NCBI RefSeq assembly: GCF_033153115.1
Contig: NW_026889765.1
Span: 10,664,001 to 10,728,000 of the forward strand
Origin: Saccostrea echinata
Taxonomy: Eukaryota
DNA: 64,000 nucleotides
Direction: 5' to 3'
The position numbers and the translations under genes were made by a program. Positions 1 through 14,200 of the stretch are shown piece after piece; the stretch's first letter is position 1, and the number at the start of each line of letters is the position of its first letter. The notes below the pieces were generated by a model. The model was not told where the DNA came from. It searched no databases and worked only from the letters and a program-made list of their open reading frames with translations.

Positions 1-3000
1 CTCTAAAACACACAAGAAAGCCATGACGTTTACAGCAATGGCTGCCACGACCTTGACCGAATTACTGGCCCCTGAGGAAATGGCCTCTATCACATTTCTG
101 TCTTTTCTGAAAGAGAATAGTAGTTTTAAAATTCTCTTTTTAATTCAACTATTTCATGTTTTATCAGCGTTGCGATTTCTAAAAGGATTAATTCTGACCA
201 TGCTTCATTTATTTGCATTCATTTAACAATTTGTTTACCTGAAACCCGCACTGCCATTGCGAAGTCCTAGTTCAACTTCGCCAGAAAGTTAATAGTGAAA
301 ATGTTATGTTAAGCATCAATAAGCATCGTTCAGTATTTTTCTAGATATTTAAAATAATATTAGAAACAAAAGTAAATTTTCTTTCCTGGGTGGCTATCAT
401 ATAATCTTAAATTATAAATAATATCGTCATTGGAAGAAACGTTCGTTCATTGTTTTCACTCCAAGAGTTTCTTTGACCTTGAGTTTTTCTATGGTCATCT
501 ATGTTATTTCTGAATAGAATAACGATACAAATCATGATGATATTCTTTAATTAACAACATCTTTAGATATTTTTTTACTCTGTAGTTCTGCTTCAGATGA
601 CATTCACATCTTAATGTGCTTATCTTGGATACATGTATATACAATATTCAATTAGACTCGTATGTTATATGTCTTCCGCATAATATAACAAGGATATCAA
701 CAGTCTCGTTTACAGTCGTCATTTCACAAGTTTTATGGTCGATACAATGACCTTGTCATCACATACAACCTTTCATTAAGTCAAATGTTGACTGATGTTT
801 TTCATACTAATTGTTAGGCCATTACTTATACACTGAACTGTCTACGGATTTTTTTTCCCGATCATCTCAAGGAGCTCACGGCGTGTGTGACTGGTCGGCA
901 AGGGATGCTCATTTCTCCATGGCACCTGATCCCACCTCTTAATTTTGAGGTCCGTGTTTGCTCTCTCCAATTTGTATCGTTTCATTGGACTTTCGAGATT
1001 GAATACTGTTCGTTATCTTCATATTTCATCCAATTTAATGGTATAGGTAAAATGACGCTTGGCAATAAAACGTTTGAAACACTTACGATTTTCCCATCTT
1101 GTCGAAGTCGTTGCCCTTGACTTTTGGCTTTTCTGTCTCTGGGTATGCTAGTTTTGAGATAGCTAAAGCAGCTGGAGCAGACATAACGGAGGCACTGATT
1201 AGATGATTTGCAGGTACCTGTGAGAAAAATCAAAATAAATACAATGCTTAGACAGTTTGCTTTATTAAGAGTTCAGCTTAAGTGTTACCCCAACCTTACA
1301 TGTACACCCCAATGAAAATAAACCCGAAACAATAAACAAAGAATTGATGAGGCAAAATAGTGATTAATTCGTATTAGATAAGAGTCTTACACCAAAGCTT
1401 ATGTATGCCCCCAGGACTGATCCAGCAATTGTAGCAAAACCTCCAGTCATAACAGCATGAAGTTCAGACTTAGTCATATCTTCTAGGAAAGGTTGGATCA
1501 TCAACGGAGCCTCGGTCTGAAAATTTATTGTAGGTTATTCATCAATTCATTTAACCTAGAATTCAAGTTCTGAAGTTTTGCTTTCGGTAATTTTTAAATC
1601 CATGTGTTTTTGTGTTAATCATATACAATTCAGAAAACTTTTTATACATTGATGATAAATGTGGAAAAGCTTAAGTTAATAAAATGGCAAAGTCTTCCAA
1701 TTCTTCTTTCAAAGTTGTAAAATTCAAATGTTGAATAACTCACCATACCCACAAAAATGTTACCCGCCGCATTGAGGGATTCGGCGGGAGTTGTCCCTAA
1801 ACAGAAAGCTAGGAACATTCCCATTCTCTTTACAATGACCTGCATGACCCCAAGGTAATACAGAACAGAGGTAACCGTGTAGAAAAACACCACTACTGGA
1901 AGTACCTTCAGTAAGCAAAGAGACAGAATAACTTACTTTAAGATANNNNNNNNNNNNNNNNNNNNNNNNNNNNNNNNNNNNNNNNNNNNNNNNNNNNNNN
2001 NNNNNNNNNNNNNNNNNNNNNNNNNNNNNNNNNNNNNNNNNNNNNNNNNNNNNNNNNNNNNNNNNNNNNNNNNNNNNNNNTAAAAACGTGAGTTGATGCG
2101 AAATGCATATATTTACCTTAAATGCAAAGAAGTGGTTTGTGTAAAGTTCACCAAACACAAATATTGCGCCAGCGTTAGAGTAGTTGAGGAACTCTGTAAC
2201 CCGGTCACCCAACCATTGGAACGCCTCGTATCCCCACTTTGTTCTTAGAATTATCAAGGCAAAAATGTATTGTATGGCAAACCCCCAAAATACCGGCCGC
2301 CAGTTGACCTAGAATTTATTTTAAAGCAATCATTGAAGATTAAAATTTATGACAAAATAAATTTAAAGTTTTACATTGATCGAGTCTGATTATTTTCTTT
2401 ACAATATTTTCAAAATATAATTGATCACACCAAAAATTATATATAAACTGATCACTTCAACAAAGATTAAAAAAACGGCATGTTGAGTTGATCTTTATTA
2501 CGATTAAAGGATGTTGAGTATATCGTACCTTGGCAGGATTTTTTGAGAATATATAGAAAATGATAATATAGATCGCAAGACCGGCAATGGATACAGCGTT
2601 CTGGGGATAATCCAACAGGACGTCAACAATAATGAAGACAGTCAATGCAACGAATACCGCTAACATTAGAAACCTGATGATGAAAACACCAAATTACTTA
2701 ACAAGATTCTTTGCATTATTTTGAAGATTGTTAATATGTGATAATCAGATAAAATAAAACTGTATGAAAACCTACCGCCCTGTATATCGTCTTGCCTTTC
2801 GAAATCCCTTTGATGTAGTTTTGTCCCTTTGAGAACATACACTGATTTTAGACTCACACATGCGTTGAAAAATGTGAATCAGTAGTAAAAGCACTCCTAA
2901 TATCGTACAAACCAGAAGTCGAATCGAACCCTCGTCTCCAAATCTGTAGTATATGGCGTAGCCGAAATAAACAAAGTAAAGCAACAGGATTAGAAGTTTG

Positions 3001-4394
3001 AAAGCCAAACTGATTTTCTTTCCATGTTTGCTGAGAACAATACTGACTGCAGTTTGGATTTTATTCGCCACCTTAGCACATCCGGTGTAATTTTCCTGCT
3101 CCTCGTCATCTGGATCCACTTGAACATGGATTTGGGAGACTTTGGTAGGTTCAGAATGTTTTAAACTGTCATACTGAATAGAACAAGTGTTTTGTTTAGT
3201 GACATACAATACATCCGGTTTTGTTTGTTCATAAGCAGTGGCGGATCCAGAAATTAATGTTGGGGTTGGGTGTATAAGATCCAAATTAAAGGGGGGTGGT
3301 GGTTTGGGAGGGATGTCTCTCTCCCATTGGTTGGGATGGGTGACCTACCCCGAGAATTTTGTATTTAAATTGGCCCCAAATGGTTATTTCCGGCATTTTT
3401 GAATGAATCTGGTAATATTTTTTCTTTCTTGCTTGCTTTGAAGGATCTTTACAGTACTTATGTTACATATACAAAATTTTATCCGTCAATTTGGTTTTAT
3501 TAAACATTACTCTGATTTCAATTGTATTTTTTTTTATTGGCAGATCATTTGCTTTTAAAAAGTTTATAACACTATAGCTTCCATCTACGCAAGGATGGAT
3601 GCATTTTCTTTGTACTTTAGACTTTTGATACAGGTCACAACGATAAATCTTCACAACTGGAGGTGTTTACTTTCCTAGTAATAAAGCCAATCAAATTGTG
3701 AAAATATTGTATTAATTCAGTTTAAAAAAATTAGAGTTTATTCACGTAGTTCAATAAATAAAGTAAAAGTTAGAAAAAATGCTTTTAAAATATAACATTT
3801 AAGCAATAACAAAAAACAATACAGTAATTTTGTGCAGTTTTGGTTGTTTGAAAAATTACCTTTTTTCGTGAGCATCTGAACGGACTTTCGAGTCATTAAA
3901 ATAGTCATTACCCCTACATACTCACTACCGCTACAAAAAAGAATGTAATGCAGCTGAATTTCTATGTATAGATTATCGCTACAATGCATAATATGTTAGC
4001 CAGCGCCTTATATGCATGTACAAATATAAAAGAACCCGGAAAATCATGATCTCCAAACCACCCTTTACATTGTTGATCTCCTGTTATGTAATGGATGTAT
4101 TTTTCAAACCATCGTGTAAAACAACGGGTTTGGACAAAGCCTCACTGATGCAATATGTTGTTGACACTTGTGAAAAAAAAGGTCATTGAAGTGGGTGGGG
4201 TGGGGTCGCGAAACTACTGATACCGTCACTGTAAGGTTTTTGTAGGAAAAATGATACCCCAATTATATCTTTTTAAAATCATTTATGGATAGTTTGTACG
4301 ATCTGTAGTATTCACTTACGTCCGGTGGGGTATAGCCATAGTTAATTTCACCTCCGTTAGGCCTTTTCTCCAGGGATGTCAGTTGTACACTCAT
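1..4394 (-). CDS. SLC28A3: SLC28/CNT Na+-nucleoside cotransporter, copy A (3' end outside window). Exons: 4394-4320, 3173-2776, 2673-2529, 2308-2117, 1905-1744, 1516-1391, 1217-1087, 106-<1
   Basis: Spliced translation gives CNT motifs [29 protein letters not shown]|[39 protein letters not shown]. All junctions are GT-AG with consistent phases. Exon 1 [25 protein letters not shown] resembles exon 1 of copy C. The symbol marks the closest family member, not proven orthology. Confidence 0.93.
687..1029 (+). mobile_element. Penelope-like retroelement 3' fragment (intron of SLC28 copy A)
   Basis: Degenerate RT C-terminal coding remnant ([20 protein letters not shown]) plus the GTGACTGGTCGGCAAGGGATGCTC...GGCACCTGATCCCACC tail shared with four other copies in the window. 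Confidence 0.6.
1946..2080. other. Assembly gap (135 N) in an intron of SLC28 copy A
   Basis: Run of N. Confidence 1.
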
Positions 4395-5443
4395 GTTTAA
4401 ACTACAATTTGAAAAGCCAAGAAAATTTATAACTGTGTTATTGACTGGGAATAAAGTTGAGCATTTTGGGATAAATATAATTTAGACAGAACAAGGCTTT
4501 TGTTTTCAAGTAACCTTTTTACAGCCTATGTAGTATGGTCAAAGATCTTTTGTAAATCAAGTTTTTAAAATATATTATGTTTACTTAAATCTTATCTAAA
4601 AATAATACCGAAGTTTTGGATAGTTGTTGAAAAAATTGTATTCTCAGATGAATGTACAATATATATATAGTGGCAGACATCTTTTTACTTAAATTACGCA
4701 TTCCCTAATTACTGAGTAACATCCCGATGCACAATGCGGGTATATAATATTTTCTGTAAGGATCAATTTAAGTTCACGATCTACTAAATGAAAGGTTCCA
4801 ATACATTTGTCAAAACTGAGAAATGAATTTCTTTACTGATGCTTCATAACTATAGTTTGGTAAAATAAAGTACACCGTCTCTTAACTTTAAGGTAAATAT
4901 AACCCCCACCCTCCCTCCAAAAATAAAATTTAAATTGTAATTTTCAATGAATAATGAAGAAAACCAAATTTATACTTGGGAGTTTTATTCATATGTATCA
5001 AGATTGCCTACAGTCTCTAAGAAAACAATAATTCACATGCATGTTTCTGACCTCTTCTTTAAAATAAATTAAATTAAACATAGGTATCGGGATTACTTTT
5101 GACTTGATTTCAAATTTCCATAAAACTGCTTTATTTATTTATTATTATTATTTTTTTTACATAATTCAATTATAGCCATTACATAGGGCAAAAAAATAAG
5201 TTTCAATTAACGATGACGTCATAATTGATCTAGCACAAAAAGACTAAATTCATTTACTAGATTTTGAATTGAATTTTACTTAAGTCAGAAAATTAAAAAA
5301 AAAAAACACGTTATTTTTCTCAATATTTAAAGAAGTATTTTAATTATCAGTCTTTCAAAATGTTTGACCTGTACATGGTATGTGTCTACCACTTTCACTT
5401 CCTATTAATGCCACTTGCATAAACATTACCTAAATGTTTTCCT

Positions 5444-6304
5444 ACAAGATGTGTTTGTGAAACACTGATGTTCCCGTATGACAGCTCATTGCGAGGGCCA
5501 AAGTTTCTCAAATGTAAGTCAAACTCCAAAGGGTCAAAATAAATAGTGCCCAAGGGAAAGTCTTGTCACAAGGAATACACCTGTGAAATATTAAAGCTCT
5601 AGCAACAAATGTTCAAAACTTACAGCAAAGGTTATATTTTTTCAAATGTAGGTCAAACTCCAAGGCCAAGGTTAAAGGGTTAAAGTAAATAGTGCCCAGG
5701 GGAAGGTCTTGTCACAAGGAATACACATATGAAATATGAAAGCCATAGCAACAATTGTCAGAACTTATGGCAAAGGTTAAAGAATCTCAAAAGAAGCTCA
5801 AACTTCAAGGACATGGTCAAAGGGTCAAAATAAATATACTCATGGGAAGGTTTTGTCACAAAAATACACATGTGAAAAAAATATCTTTGTTCTAGGCGTT
5901 CTTATGTTATGACCAAGGTTAAAGGTTCTTCAAAAGTAGGTAAAACTCAAAGTTCAAAGTCAAAGGGTCAAAATTGTTGGTACCGAAAGGAAGCTCCTGT
6001 CAGAGAGAATATCCATGTAAAGTTAAAAAGAACCAATTCTTCAAAGGTTATGGTCAAGGTTAAAGTTATATAAAATTTTGCAAAAGTGGGTCAAACTCAA
6101 AGGTCATTGTTGAGAGGTCGAATATGTTAGTACCCAAAGAAAGGACTTGTTTCAAGGAAATCACATGTGAAATATGAAAGTCATAGCTCCAACCAATCAA
6201 AAGTTATGGGCAAGGTTAAAGTTTTTGCGAACAGACAAACAGACAGACAGACGGACACAGTAAAAAATTATATGCCCCCAAATCTTCGACTATGGAGGCA
6301 TGAA
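5444..6304 (+). mobile_element. Non-autonomous Helentron/HINE-like element with ~5 internal ~145-bp tandem repeats
   Basis: Terminus ACAAGATGTGTTTGTGAAACACTGATG (reverse complement at ~39102-39128). Repeated GGTCAAACTC..AAGGTCTTGTCACAAGGAATACAC units, a (GACA)n tract, and a short terminal palindrome TGCCCCCA...TGGAGGCA. Confidence 0.75.
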
Positions 6305-9300
6305 AATACTAGCCAAAATATTTTATACCTGTTCTTTTTTGGGATGGTGGTGTGGGCATGTGTAAAATTTACCTGCTACTGTTTTATCCCCTCCTTTGAA
6401 AACAATGTCTTTTACCAACTGTTCAAACGTCAATTTAACTTAATTAACGCTTTTCTAAACTTATTTACATAATATCTTTTAACAAACAACATAGGCTGTA
6501 AAAAAAGAAATAGTCGCTAAAATATTCATTTGCAAAAATTTCGTAAGTAAATATTTTTGGATTTTCTTGAATAAGGTTCAATTATGAATTTTTGATTCAA
6601 GCGTTGACATTTTTTTGTTGAATAATGACAGAAATATTTTAAAAATGAAAGAATAAATTCACAGAAATTTAGTCCTGTTACATGTATATATACTATATTT
6701 TATATTTTACCTGTTTAAGAATGTCCTAATTTCACATTCTTCTTTACTATAGAATGCATCAAATTTAGACCTTACTCTTTTTTACCCTGTAAACGTCTCA
6801 CATATGACATTGTACAATGATTTATTTTACTTTTGTAAATAAAATTCAATGGATATAACACAGATAGCTTGTAGAAATACTGACACGATATACAAGTGTT
6901 CCTATTTACTACATAGTAAATGAATAAATTTGGAAATTTACGACCCACCACAAAGAAATAAGTAGCATATGCAGGTAGCATACAGCAGTATATAGGAAGT
7001 GAAATTAGATAACGTGTTCTGGTCATTTTGAAATGTGCCTACCAATAATTCTGATGAGTAAAACATTGTAAATAATAAACATTTTATCACTGGCACTGGA
7101 GTTAATTCAGCTAAATTAACACGTAATGATTCAAACCTGCAAAGGACAATTAAATGATTCTATTTCAGTTTGCTTGAAAAACGTGATAGTAATCCATATA
7201 ATGTTTGTGTTTCTTTAGTAATTTTATGACTCATCACTTTTAACTTAGAAAAAACCATAAGTGTAATGAACGATTTTTGTCTCCAAAAACAGCTTAATTT
7301 TGGGTATACATGTATTTATCTTACTGAGAGAAAATTGTCAAAGCAGAATATGTGACGAGTCGCAAGGAAATCAGATTTCCCTTTGAGAAACTTTTAATAT
7401 TTGCGTAAAGATAGATTGTTTGCATATGTGTGTGTCAATGTGTACAAAAATTAAGGGTAATGACAAGTTAACATGACGACAAACTCAAAAAAATTGTTAT
7501 GTAAATTAAAAAAGAAAACAGAGATTTGGGTAAACAAGTATTATCATGTATAAATCACATGCATATGGAGGCCCCAGCACATAAGGAACACCTGCAGCGT
7601 TTAAAGAAAGGAATAAAACTTGACGATTATCAACAAAATACTAATATTGTTGAGCTAACCTAGGTTAAACGGTCAAACACTCCTAAACAGTTTAAGTACT
7701 CGTGTGATATTAATTTTTACTTTGTTGATGGACACGTAATCGATGTCTTGGAAAATTTAGTGTACTAACTATTTCATGATTTTCTTTTCAAACGCTTCTC
7801 TACCAATCTGATGTAAAAATAATAAGATATGCGGCATAATTTAAGATATTTATGCAGTTTTTAGGGTTGAGAAATAGATGTGAAATAAAGTCATTCCCAG
7901 CTTATTTATGTCAGATCCATAGCGCATCATAATGCCGTTGAAATTCCTACAGTGTACAAAGTACACTATCCATAGGAGATAAACACGGATCGGTATATCC
8001 GGGTTCTTATCTACCTTTGAAACATAAATTTTCTCACTGACAGTACCTATAGTGTACACAGTTTAAAAATCTTATTGACAAAGCCATTAAACATCGAGAA
8101 GACATTTCTATATTCTTTAAACGGTATTTCAAATATTTTATATTTTCAAAATTTGTTTTGGACACAACAATTATCAAAAGTGCATATTTTCTTTTTTTCA
8201 TACACATTATAATACCAACTTTAATATTTTTTTTTTCACATAACAATTTATTGAATAATCTTTGCACAAGATATCGTACGAATTAATGTATTTACTGGAA
8301 TATTGAATATACAAAACTACGAGTAATGATGTTATTTCGTTTCAGTTGCAATTACTAAATGAGGACTTTTTAGTACCTTGCTGTGTACAGCTTTTTACAC
8401 CATGTTTTAAACAGTGAATGACTTACTAACTTTCCAACATTTTCATACACAATATTCTGTAAATTAAAAAAAAAAGGTATTGTTTAATATATGTATGTTT
8501 TATACAGTACCTTTTGTATATTGAATTATATCCACTAATTAAAGAAGTAAAACCACACTAGGAAAAATGTATTCTTTTCACACACATTAACCCGGCCGAA
8601 GATCTGTGGACACATTCCCTTGTTACCTGTCGACAAACTAATGATTTACCAAAGTGGCCTTATTTCAGTTTGTGTCCCGATGTGATTGTCAATAGACACT
8701 CATGTCAAGAGGGGTACCTTTTGCTCCATGCTTCACAGCAATAGTTTTGACCAGAGAAAAAAAATAACGTACCTTTGTGTTAATTAAATATCCACCCATA
8801 AACCACATATGGATCTACACATGTATATCAGAAGTTTTTTTTAATTCAAAATTGTGTGGCAGTTAAAACGTCTCTAAAGATTTTTGCAGTTTTGACGCTG
8901 ATCAAGTTACTTCCTCATAAGTATATATCACACAATATGAATGAAATGTATAAATACATGTACCCAAATGTAGGTTTATCTGTCAATTATCATTCATTGC
9001 ATATGTACCATACTCTTTCATATGCATTATCTTCTCGTATGATATTTTAGATAAAAGAAAAAAAATCTCAATTTTCAGAGCGGATGTCCCTAAAATATGT
9101 GGTGAAAGATTGAAATGAGAAAAATGTAATACTGTTTGTCAGATTTTATCACCTAAAGGAAATAGTAAACTATCGTACAACATCAAATCCAATTTTTTTC
9201 CTTTAAAAACGTCATAAGCAGATGGACGTATAATTTATATTCTAAACATATAATATGCTAAACCTTTGATAATTCATTATTGTATCGACTACGTACGTTT

Positions 9301-9345
9301 ATCCAATGTTGAACTAGACATTTCATACTTGCAATGTATAAAATT

Positions 9346-10222
9346 TAGGAATGTCAAATCGGTCATTTTTTGATAATCGGTTACTCGGACGTTTTTCCGA
9401 TCGAGTACCCAGGTGCTCGGTACATGTAAAAATGTAAATACAAGTGTGTTAATTTTCTTGAGCCATGTTAAGCTTTGTCAAACCCCAAAGCTGTTTTATC
9501 ACGTTTATAAATGTATACAAATAAACATCGAGTCCAATGGGATTGATTTTTTTGGTACTAAATTTATTTATCAAATAAACACAAAAGACACAATTGATAC
9601 ATCAAAAATTACAAATAGTTTACAGTTCTTGTTTAGGATCTATTTCATCAACGCAAAAGGAGAACAATCTTTGAAGCGGGTTTGTGATGAATAGACTAGC
9701 CAAAGGGAAGGGACGGACGTTGTTGGAATCGCTAGTATAAGATGGTTGTTTCCCCCGTATAAACTTACTACACAAACCGACTTTCAACATTTTTTTAAAT
9801 CTTCAATTATTTCTAAACATTTCTTCGCTTTTGAAGTGGGTAGCGGCATTTCTATGCATGTCAGATTTCGCTGCCAAACATTAACTAAATAATTTAAAAA
9901 TGATTTGAAGATAATAGACCATACTTAATCGATGTTCACTGAAAGCAATCATTGAAGCCATCCAAAAATTAAAGACCATAATAGGTCACTAATTACTGTA
10001 TATACACAGCCACAAGCGATAAAGGGTGATTTACAGGTGTACATGACGACACGCTAATAACCGTATGCAGTTTTAAGTTATTCTTTTTGATAATTTTTGA
10101 TAAAAATATGTACTTTGAAATAAGAAAAAATACACTTCCGAGTAACCGAATACATTTTTAGTATTCGATACTCGGACGTTCGATCGAGTACACGGTTAAC
10201 CGGGTACTCGTTGACATCCCTA
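9346..10222. mobile_element. hAT-like MITE (877 bp)
   Basis: TIRs TAGGAATGTCAA / TTGACATCCCTA, perfect 8-bp TSD ATAAAATT (9338-9345 and 10223-10230), and subterminal ACTCGGACGT..CGATCGAGTAC repeats. Confidence 0.85.
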
Positions 10223-10257
10223 ATAAAATTCATTGGTACAATCCTAACAAAACTTTA

Positions 10258-10600
10258 TTTAACTATAGTAAAAACTTTGATGCTTTGATTTACTATGAAA
10301 CATTACACGGGAACTTTTTTTTTTAATTTCAAAGCTTAAATTCGGTAACAGTGATGTAAAATTTGGAAATAAAATGTGAATAATTATGCCAGTAATAGTT
10401 CCATTTTATATGAAAAATGTATGAATTGGAGAACATAAAATATAACAATTTGAAATCCATAGTAAAAATACTTTGATTCACTATACTATAGTAAAAACCT
10501 TGATTTACTTTAGTAAAAACCTTGATTTACTATAGTAAAAACTTTGATACTGTAGTAAACTATACTTAACTATAGAAAACTTTAGTTACCTATAGTATTT
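10258..10600. repeat. Degenerate minisatellite built on TACTATAGTAAAAAC(C/T)TTGAT
   Basis: Many imperfect copies of a ~22-bp unit containing the palindrome ACTATAGT. Confidence 0.7.
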
Positions 10601-11254
10601 TTGTTAAGGTACAAGTAAATGAGTTAATGTCGCGATCGTCAACAGTAAGTATTTGTAAATTGCAGTTAAAGGTATACTTGATGATAAAGGCCATCAAAGC
10701 CTTATCCACTCGCTCTTACGGGGAGATCCTCATCTATCTGTCATGTTTGTTTTGCTACCAGATGTAATTCCCCTCTATAAACCAATAACGACAGGTCAGA
10801 TATTTATGAAGCGTTTGTTGTCCTTTTTGAAGTTACCTGTAGCGTCTGTTTATACAGGCTAAACTTCAAACTTCTGCAGTAACCTTCATATAAAAGAATA
10901 CTAATTGGTTCATATATTGACTTGATTATGCAATTATAGCAAACTCTAGAACCTGTTTACGTCATGTGTGCATTTGTGGGCCATTCCATTTAGTCATGAG
11001 AAGAATAGGAATTCTTAAAGTTCAATGAATTTTAATCCACTGAACAAAGTATTGGTATTGTACTTCTCGCTTTAGAAATAAAAAAGATTATTTGAAATAA
11101 AAACATAATTTAGTGAAAAAGAAACTCAGATATTTTATTTCTAAATCATAAATGAAATACATGCCATTTCTTGAGTAATAAAGTTTGAATTTACACTCTC
11201 TGTCCACGAGAAAAGTCCATGAATGATCTGTAAGAATCTCCCTACAAGGTTGTT

Positions 11255-14200
11255 CTATGTTGTACCATAATCTTTATAAAGTAAACCTGAATAAAGGAAA
11301 GTTATCAGTTTATTCATGCCTTTTTCTTTTAACATATATATAACCAAGGTCGATGGATCATTGCATTCACCCAAGTCACATAGCTGTTAAGACTTTACCC
11401 GTAATGAAAATCTTGACAAAGTCGAAAGCTGGACTAACAGCATTTTTTAAAAGAAAAAAGTATTTTCCCTTCATAGAAAGTTATTTTGACTAAATAAAAT
11501 CTTTTTCTCAAGAACTTCTGACTGAAAGATAGTTTTTTTTTCAAATACAATAGAATACTTTTGAAAAAAAAATGTCGAAGATGGTTTCGAATATTTCGTA
11601 CCAGACTGTTTCTGTGAAGCAGAAGCAAGTCCAGGATATAAAATCTTTTCTAAATGGGGGTATTAACAATACTTTAATACTTGTATCCATCCTGATTATT
11701 TTGTCGAAAAAAGCCTAACATTTTCCAAGGGAAATACCTTAATGTTTTTTGATAATCGTTTAATGTGACATGAAATTGCATTTCATAAGAAAATTGCCTG
11801 GTTGTTTCTTTTGGTTTGTGGATATACTAAAATATTCCAAAATAAACAACTCTTGTTTTTACTATTTCTATTTTAGCATAGTTTTAATATTGAAATTGAG
11901 AGATAGTAGAACTCTTGTTTTTACTATTTCTATTTTAGCATAGTTTTAATATTGAAATTGAGAGATAGAAGAACGTACATCAAGAAAAATATAGTTGAGC
12001 TAATTGATTAATGAGTTGATTAGCTTACTATCAATGTTATACCTGCAATGCATCCTGTTAAGAAACAAGCGACATTGCCTGCTATCATTGCTCTGAGAAC
12101 GATTTTGGACAGATCGCCACGTCTTGAGGGAACCAAAGCTGTCATAGCACCCAGAAGTATTCCCATGGATCCAAAGTTAGAGAAACCACATAAGGCATAT
12201 GTAGTTATTACCTCAGATTTATTCTGAAATTAAAAGCGTATCTTTTTGAAAATTTGACGTATCTCCCTATGAAAGTGTGAATATTTTCTATTGTTTTTGT
12301 TTCAACAAAAACTGAAAAGAGGGTAAAGTGGTCAAGCACTAAAATTGGAAACATAAACCCCTGCTATGTAAATAAGAGGGGCATATCATACAAATACTCT
12401 ACAAGGAATGTATATAAATTCGAAGCATTATCTTACTTCATGTAATGCACTTTTTCCTATATATAGATTTTTCAGACCAATAAAACTCTTATGGCTTTCT
12501 AAAAATGGTATGTATATTTTGCTTTATTTTGTTCTGTTTTTTTTTTTTGTCTCAGCATTGTGTCTCAACAAACTCTAGGACTTTACATATTGTATATTGT
12601 GATGAAGCATTTACCGATATTATTCCTTTAATTAGTGTCTGATTAACATGCGGTAGAAAAATATCATCTCCTCGATAAAACCAGGCTGAGGACGTATTCC
12701 AGAATGCTTTGTATCCTGTGAAGATCTTTTTGTTAGCAATAAGGTGGGAGAGCTCCGAGTAGGCCACAAACTCGTTGGTGAATGTTTTGATCCCGATTAG
12801 TTCTGCTACTCGGCGACAGTCCGAAATGTCCGTCCCCATAAAGAAGGCAATCGGGTAGAACACATAGGAACAAATCAACTGAAAGAATTAAGTTTTACTC
12901 ATTTTTATGTTTTTGTTTTTACGAATCTGTGCTATGTTTATTTCAAATTTTCTGCAATGAGTTTCTGTTCTTTTTGAAATTAATATGCAAAAATTTAGAA
13001 CAAACCTGAAAAGAAAGATTTTCGATTCCAACACGTTCTCCAAACCAGTCCAATGTCATATTTACAAACTCAAGAACACTCAAAAATGCCATTACATTTA
13101 CGGCAATTGCAGTTATGATCTTGATTGAGCTCCATGCCCCTGACAAAATGGCTTCAATGATATTTCTGTCGGTTCTAAACAAAAATTTACTAAAATATTT
13201 TAATAAATTAGTATTGGATATTTAAAACTGTTCAAATAGATGGAATTTTCCAGCAGTGGACAAATAATCATTTCATATTTCATATACTGTCTCAAATAAA
13301 AAAAACCTACGATTTCCCCATTTTGCCATAGTCATAAGCACTAGTTATAGTCGTTTCCGTTTCCGGGTACGCAAGTTTAGAAACAGCAAGGGCAGCTGGA
13401 GCAGACATCACAGAAGCTGTTATAAGATGATTTGCAGGTACCTATAGAAAACAAAGATACGCAAAAGCTTTACCAAATACAGATGCAAATGGAAAATGTA
13501 CTACTGAGTCTGCACAGAAAATCAAATTTTCAGAATTTTTTTTTTCTTGCACACTCCCATAGTTTACTCTCAAGTAAAACATTGTATGCATGCATGTACT
13601 TTATAGAAGATAGATTGTATTTGTTTGCGAAATACCTAAAAATATTCTTTGCCGGTCAGTATAAAGTATATTGAGGAACTGTGAGGGAAGAATGGTAATA
13701 TATTTCTATAATTCTGGAGTATGGTCAAGCTACATGTACGTACTCCAAAATTAATGTACGCTCCAAGAACAGAACCAGCGATTGTAGCGAACCCTCCTGT
13801 CATCACAGCATGTAGCTCTGAGTTAGTCATATCCTCTAGTAATGGCTGCAGCATGAGTGGGCCATCGGTCTATACATAAAATGAACATCTCAGTATTCTT
13901 CAGACTACAGTATATTAAAAAAAATAGTGTAAATCAGATTTTTATTCTAAAAACTCCGACGAACTTTTGGAAAATCTAAAATCACAAAATATTTCTAATT
14001 TCAAAAACATCACATGGGTTTTTTAAACAATTATTCTTCACGATGAATTAAAAGCAGGCTTTTTGACATCATAGACAGCTGCTTCCCCAATCAACGTGAA
14101 ACTCGTAAATTTTCAGATCTTGTAATCGTTCAACTACAAAATTACTTTTTTTAAAAAAATCATTCTGATTATATACACAAGAACTCTGAAGTTGGTGTTC

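Noticed and set aside
5214-5221. Single CRE upstream of SLC28 copy A
   Set aside because: Isolated 8-mer not seen at matching positions in the other paralogues; compatible with chance.
11434-11650. Alternative terminal exon for SLC28 copy B
   Set aside because: An AG acceptor and short open frame exist, but there is no similarity to the other paralogues, and the exon at 11286-11255 matches copy C.
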